DNA of 53,084 nucleotides, filler included, from Stramenopiles sp. TOSAG23-3 (Eukaryota): NCBI GenBank assembly GCA_900128585.1. It is 4 parts of 4 records of this genome, joined end to end, with 100 filler letters (N's around TTAATTAATTAA, not from the genome) between each part and the next. Parts side by side here need not be neighbours in the genome. Positions count along the whole stretch, not along the records: positions 48,928 to 50,956 come from LT645143.1; positions 51,057 to 53,084 come from LT645144.1; 2 more parts are not named here. One strand, 5' to 3'. Shown piece by piece: positions 48,928 to 53,084 of this stretch (position 1 is its first letter; each line of letters starts with the position of its first letter). The notes under the pieces were generated by a model. It saw only the letters and a program-made list of their open reading frames with translations, ran no database searches and was not told where the DNA came from. The position numbers and the translations under genes were made by a program.

Positions 48928-49155
48928 TTTTCCCTGATATTTCGTGGAAAGGTGCTTAAAGATGGTAAAAAGCTGTTGGACTACGAAGAACTCGTGGATA
49001 AAGAGATGCAAAAATGGCCAAGACCGTATGCCGGTACTTTGTGGGTCAGTTACGAGCATTTTGAACCCCCTGAAAGATCTGTCAAAGTGACAAACAAGTA
49101 TTTTGCAGATGACAGTGCAGCGAAAAATTTGCTGCAGTCTTACAGAGACATTTAA
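48928..49155 (+). CDS. 5'-truncated CDS containing a ubiquitin-like domain fragment
   Basis: Translating from the contig edge gives FSLIFRGKVLKDGKKLLDY, matching ubiquitin's LIFAGKQLEDGRTLSDY. There is no C-terminal GG. Confidence 0.7.
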   Translation, partial: FSLIFRGKVLKDGKKLLDYEELVDKEMQKWPRPYAGTLWVSYEHFEPPERSVKVTNKYFADDSAAKNLLQSYRDI

Positions 49156-49284
49156 GCGACTGTGTGGCCCAAGCCGCGTCATGTCGAACCTACTTTCGCG
49201 CACACAAAAATAAACTTCGTATAGCCTATTGTATATAGACGGCATATTCGTATCTATGTTTAAAATATATGTCAGAATTCATGG

Positions 49285-50694
49285 CTATGCGTCCTTCTTC
49301 TCGTCTACGGTTGCCTTTGTACCAAAGCCAACGATCAATGTCAGCAGCCATGTACTCAGAAGGACAGTGCACCCTTTCATACCATTCCCGGAGCTTTCGA
49401 CTCCCCCGCCAAATTGAAAATAGAACAAAACCAAGTAACAGATCGAAATCAATCTTCCCGTTTCCAAGGCGACATAAAAGACGGATGTTTCCCCATCAAG
49501 TATTCTTCCGATAGAGGACATACTTAAAACCAAAAGAAGCGAGAGGGCCGCCATTTCGTACTTGCTGAAGAAATCCTTGTTTAGAATAATCGCAAGCATT
49601 GCCAACATCGTTACTACAAACTGGGAAAACGCATACACTCCGATGATCTGGTGGTTCAGAGCCGGGTCGTATTTTTTCCGTTTTTGAACGGTCGGGATAT
49701 TATTCGCAGACCCAGTGCGTTTTGGAAACGGCGCAAACACTTCCAGGGGCTGAAACACCAGCGGGTGGCGAGCACGTCGCTTCAGCAGTTTCAGACAACT
49801 GCTGTCGCTGCCCTTTACTTGCGTCAACACACGCTTTATGTGCTCGAAATTTGCCCATACTGGATCAAACGTGTCATACTGTCTTGCCAGACCATAGTAC
49901 TCTTTCTGTTCCTTCTCTCGGCGGAACGTGCCAAACATCCTATCCCATACGATCAACAGAGCGCCGTAATTTGCATTCCCGGGCGGCCTGTGATGGACTC
50001 TGTGATGACTCGGGGTGTTCAAGAAATATTCCAAAGGTCCACAATCGCCGATGACTTTGGTGTGTATCCAAAATTGACCCAATGTATTCAGAGCACTGTG
50101 CCCGAGATAACACCCGGGATGAAAGAAAAGGGCCAGTGGCAAATAGAATACCCAACTCGTAGCACCCTGGAGAGCCCCTTGCCTTAAGGCCGTTGCCAAA
50201 TTATAATCTTCTCCTGAATGATGGACTGAGTGGGCGGACCACAGCAAGTGGTACGTGTGCGCAGTTCTGTGCATCCAGTAATAACCGAGGTCAATGCCTA
50301 AGAAGAGCCCACCCCACGTGCCCCACGAGTCAACTGGGACGCTGTGGAATTTGAAAGTTTTGTAGATGTAGCAATAGGCGTACAAAGTCAACATTTTCGT
50401 CCATATTTGAGTAACCAACATGGTCGCCCCCAGCAGTATCGAAGTAATGAAATCGTTCAGCCTGTACAGCTTTCGGTTCCTCATCAAACCTACTAACAAT
50501 TCCAATCCAATCGCCATAAAGAATATCGGGACCGCACGAATGGTAAAGTTTGGCACTGCGCCGCTTGCAAGCAGTTCCTCCGGTGTGGGACTGTCCGTCA
50601 AATTATCAGCATACCCAAACTCCTTTGGCAAGATAGCAGGAACAGGAGCCAGCAAGCGCCAGTCTTGCATTACTTTCAGAGCAGAGGAAGCCAT
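49285..50694 (-). CDS. AGMO: Alkylglycerol monooxygenase (fatty acid hydroxylase superfamily)
   Basis: YRLND, His boxes YYWMHRTAH, WSAHSVHHS, FWIHT and TPSHHRVHH; EDYNLATALRQ; NYGALLIVWDRMFGTF; AGMO-type C-terminal membrane extension (KYDP...QF). ATG at 50694. Confidence 0.92.
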   Translation of the reverse strand: MASSALKVMQDWRLLAPVPAILPKEFGYADNLTDSPTPEELLASGAVPNFTIRAVPIFFMAIGLELLVGLMRNRKLYRLNDFITSILLGATMLVTQIWTKMLTLYAYCYIYKTFKFHSVPVDSWGTWGGLFLGIDLGYYWMHRTAHTYHLLWSAHSVHHSGEDYNLATALRQGALQGATSWVFYLPLALFFHPGCYLGHSALNTLGQFWIHTKVIGDCGPLEYFLNTPSHHRVHHRPPGNANYGALLIVWDRMFGTFRREKEQKEYYGLARQYDTFDPVWANFEHIKRVLTQVKGSDSSCLKLLKRRARHPLVFQPLEVFAPFPKRTGSANNIPTVQKRKKYDPALNHQIIGVYAFSQFVVTMLAMLAIILNKDFFSKYEMAALSLLLVLSMSSIGRILDGETSVFYVALETGRLISICYLVLFYFQFGGGVESSGNGMKGCTVLLSTWLLTLIVGFGTKATVDEKKDA

Positions 50695-50956
50695 CGGCAA
50701 CTTTTACTAGATACAATTTTGTGCCCGAAGAATAACCGTCGTTAAAGAAAATGGTTTCTATGGGAATGCGTTTCAGAATTATTCCGTTATACTGTTCAAA
50801 GTCAGCATAAGAATCGTGCAATTATTGGATGCATTTTTGATATAATACTATACTTTTTTAGTCCTACCCCGTCCGGATTCGTGCCGGTTTGTTTTTCAAT
50901 TGTTGTTGTTGTTGTCTTCTTCTTCTTTCTTTATTATACCACCCCCCCCCCCCCCC

Positions 50957-51056
50957 NNNNNNNNNNNNNNNNNNNNNNNNNNNNNNNNNNNNNNNNNNNN
51001 TTAATTAATTAANNNNNNNNNNNNNNNNNNNNNNNNNNNNNNNNNNNNNNNNNNNN
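50957..51056. other. Artificial contig-joining linker
   Basis: N44-TTAATTAATTAA-N44. Confidence 0.98.
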
Positions 51057-51057
51057 T

Positions 51058-51297
51058 AGCCTGGAGATGACGACGCAGTCAGACCGACGGAGCTCGATGG
51101 AGGTGGAGGCCGAGACGACGACGACGACGACGACGACGACGAAGGCAGGCGCATCGGGGGATGAGGACGATTCTTGGGTTTGGAGAGAGGAGGATTGGGA
51201 GGTCATGAGGGTGGGTGTTGATCGTTATATGGACGCAGAGGCTGGGTTGGGGGATAATAAAAAACACAATAAGATTGCATTCGACCTTAAAAATTGA
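51058..51297 (+). CDS. Possible 3' end of an unidentified gene
   Basis: GC-rich open frame from the contig edge (SLEMTTQS...poly-T...FDLKN*) followed by AT-rich sequence; no recognisable motif. Confidence 0.3.
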   Translation, partial: SLEMTTQSDRRSSMEVEAETTTTTTTTTKAGASGDEDDSWVWREEDWEVMRVGVDRYMDAEAGLGDNKKHNKIAFDLKN

Positions 51298-51659
51298 CGG
51301 GTCGAATGAAAAACAAAAAACAAATTAGAACGATACTAAAAGAACTGGGCAGCCGTTCTTACAATAGAATGATGGACGTGCTAGCCATGATGAGGAAAAA
51401 CTTGTTGGCAAAAAAGAAGAGGGATATCATCTTTGGCGCAAAGGAATGTAATCGAATTAGAGGTGTGGTATAGTAATTTAATTCATATTTTATGTACATA
51501 TATACAAAGTCAATCAGTTGATCAGAAGAAATTGCAAAACTTCTGATGTTAGGGCTATGATGATCACCCCAGTCACATTTCATCATAGGTACTTGCAACA
51601 CAGCTTCTCGACAAAACTATGAAGTGGATTATGAACTGCAACTATGAGTCGGCGTTTCC

Positions 51660-53084
51660 CTAGTACTTCTTGTGCGACGTCCTTAGTGACCTTCTGTGGG
51701 CGTCAGCTTGTTGGTGTCCATACCCCCAAGCACTCTGATGATGACCGTGTGAGTGGTGATCGTAGGAATGCTGGGAATTTGGGTACTGCCCTCGCGGCGA
51801 ATGGTGACCTCGTGCGTTGCGCGGTGGACTATTCTGCCATCGTGGCGGATATCCTCTTCCCTGCGGCGGATTGTGGTAACCTCGTGGAGGATACGCACGC
51901 TGTCGGTGCCCCCCACGCCAGTGGTGCCCGTGTGACGAGGGACCACGAGGGGCATAACCCCCACCATGCGGTCGTGGAGCATTTGCCTGGGGCGGATGGT
52001 AACCTCCGTGCGTTTGACTTGGATCTTCAGCCGTATCCTCCAGCAGCAACTGGGAGTGCCCGACGTCTGGGGACCCGGGAGAGGGAGGGGGTGACGGTGT
52101 CTTGCGGCCGTCGTGTCGCTGATCGGTGTGCCGATGCAATAACCAAGCGTTTATCACCCGTCCCATCAAGCGACTGTTCATGTACGCCCATTTTGGTTCT
52201 AGTACGGTGTGGGCAAGGTACGTATAATTCGCGGGATCGTAAATCTTTCTTTTGTCAGCCGCAATTGCATCGTCATTATCCTTGACTTGCCTTAGATCCA
52301 CTGCAAGGGCCAAGTCGTACCTGCGTTGGTCCCTCAAAAGGTACAAAGGAAGGAGGAATTGCAGCCTCTCATTCTTAGACTTCTTATCGCGGTAACAATG
52401 CATGCGGGCAAGCCCAAAATCCCGCCTTGCCATTACTATGGTCATCTCAATGGCATCCTTCAAAGCCATTGAGAGTTCAGAAGCGCTCGGCACTTGCCGC
52501 CCAGCGTTTTCATAGACTGCCCTAATCCGATTCTCATCCTCCGGGCGGTTTAAGATGTGTTGGTGGTCGTAGTGCAGTTTGATACGAGGGTCATACTGCT
52601 CCTCACTGCCTTCGAAAGGGGCGGCTATCGGGTACGCACCTTTGGGTACAGCAAAATTTAAGCCTTTATTCTTGTTCGCAGCATATGCTTCGGTCGCAAA
52701 GCCCTTTAGGACAAACCGCGGGTTCCAGTCGACACCTGGGTAGATGTATTTGACCTGTCCCTCTGCATCCAACCAGCCAAATTCGCGCTTTTCATCGTCA
52801 GTAGGTTCGCAAAAGAATGCGTAGACGGGTTGCATGTTGTGCTGTAGGTCCAGTGTAAGGCCCATGTCTACGGTTACCCATTTTTGCCCCTTAAACGTAT
52901 AGGCCTTCATGAACGAGGTCGAATTCTTGTCATCGAAGAAGTCGTAATCCGCGGAGAGACTTTCTCCATCTTCTCCGTCATTTTGAGCCGAACGCCGGTC
53001 CAACTCATCGTTCCATTCTTTGTTCCTCTCTGACCCCACCACTTGGCGTGCTCTTTCAATGGTTGTTTCATTGTTTGCCTTTTC
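51660..53084 (-). CDS. DUF3825-like domain protein with a Pro/Arg/Gly/Tyr/His-rich low-complexity tail, 5'-truncated
   Basis: The frame is open to the window end (EKANNETTIERARQVVG...). HIL....R...LQFLLPLYL....DLALAV...Y.AHTVL...WAYMNSRLMGR....WL resembles the DUF3825 C-terminal signature. Confidence 0.7.
   Translation of the reverse strand, partial: EKANNETTIERARQVVGSERNKEWNDELDRRSAQNDGEDGESLSADYDFFDDKNSTSFMKAYTFKGQKWVTVDMGLTLDLQHNMQPVYAFFCEPTDDEKREFGWLDAEGQVKYIYPGVDWNPRFVLKGFATEAYAANKNKGLNFAVPKGAYPIAAPFEGSEEQYDPRIKLHYDHQHILNRPEDENRIRAVYENAGRQVPSASELSMALKDAIEMTIVMARRDFGLARMHCYRDKKSKNERLQFLLPLYLLRDQRRYDLALAVDLRQVKDNDDAIAADKRKIYDPANYTYLAHTVLEPKWAYMNSRLMGRVINAWLLHRHTDQRHDGRKTPSPPPSPGSPDVGHSQLLLEDTAEDPSQTHGGYHPPQANAPRPHGGGYAPRGPSSHGHHWRGGHRQRAYPPRGYHNPPQGRGYPPRWQNSPPRNARGHHSPRGQYPNSQHSYDHHSHGHHQSAWGYGHQQADAHRRSLRTSHKKY

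Noticed and set aside
51644..52285. 213-aa + strand ORF
   Set aside because: Antisense to the GC-rich low-complexity tail of the DUF3825-like gene; no motifs.
48928..53084. Functional clustering of the UBL fragment, AGMO and the DUF3825-like gene with upstream genes
   Set aside because: They are on separate ~2-kb contigs joined artificially, so adjacency carries no information.
1..53084. Giant-virus or prokaryotic origin of the window
   Set aside because: ASPM, DHX29-like, CK1, BI-1 and a giant HECT with long AT-rich spacers point to a cellular eukaryote; no viral hallmark genes or operon structure were seen.

Overview
Eukaryotic nuclear DNA, not prokaryotic. It has long uninterrupted ORFs in the standard code, separated by AT-rich low-complexity spacers. 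Gene content and style suggest a heterotrophic protist, most plausibly a stramenopile (Bigyra/MAST-like); this is inference only. The window joins four contigs (1-24397, 24498-48827, 48928-50956, 51057-53084) with artificial N44-TTAATTAATTAA-N44 linkers, so adjacency across linkers is meaningless. Recognisable genes: RBR-type and giant HECT E3 ligases, aldo-keto reductase, xylulokinase, ASPM/Asp (truncated), a BI-1/lifeguard protein, casein kinase 1, a PX-domain protein, a DHX29-like helicase, alkylglycerol monooxygenase and a ubiquitin-like fragment. The most interesting items: (1) a secreted protein with a bacterial polymorphic-toxin-like tip (TNT/Tne2-type NADase-like motifs), membrane helices and a defensin-like Cys tail; (2) a single-chain 7TM-cNMP-binding-GAF-C2-PI3-kinase fusion next to a PX-only gene; (3) a secreted mosaic protein whose reelin-like domain is split by a charged stalk carrying EGF+VWD; (4) a eukaryotic DUF3825-like protein with an RG/GY-rich tail; (5) an uncharacterised Cys/His putative transcription factor. 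All domain calls come from reading motifs by eye; no searches were run.
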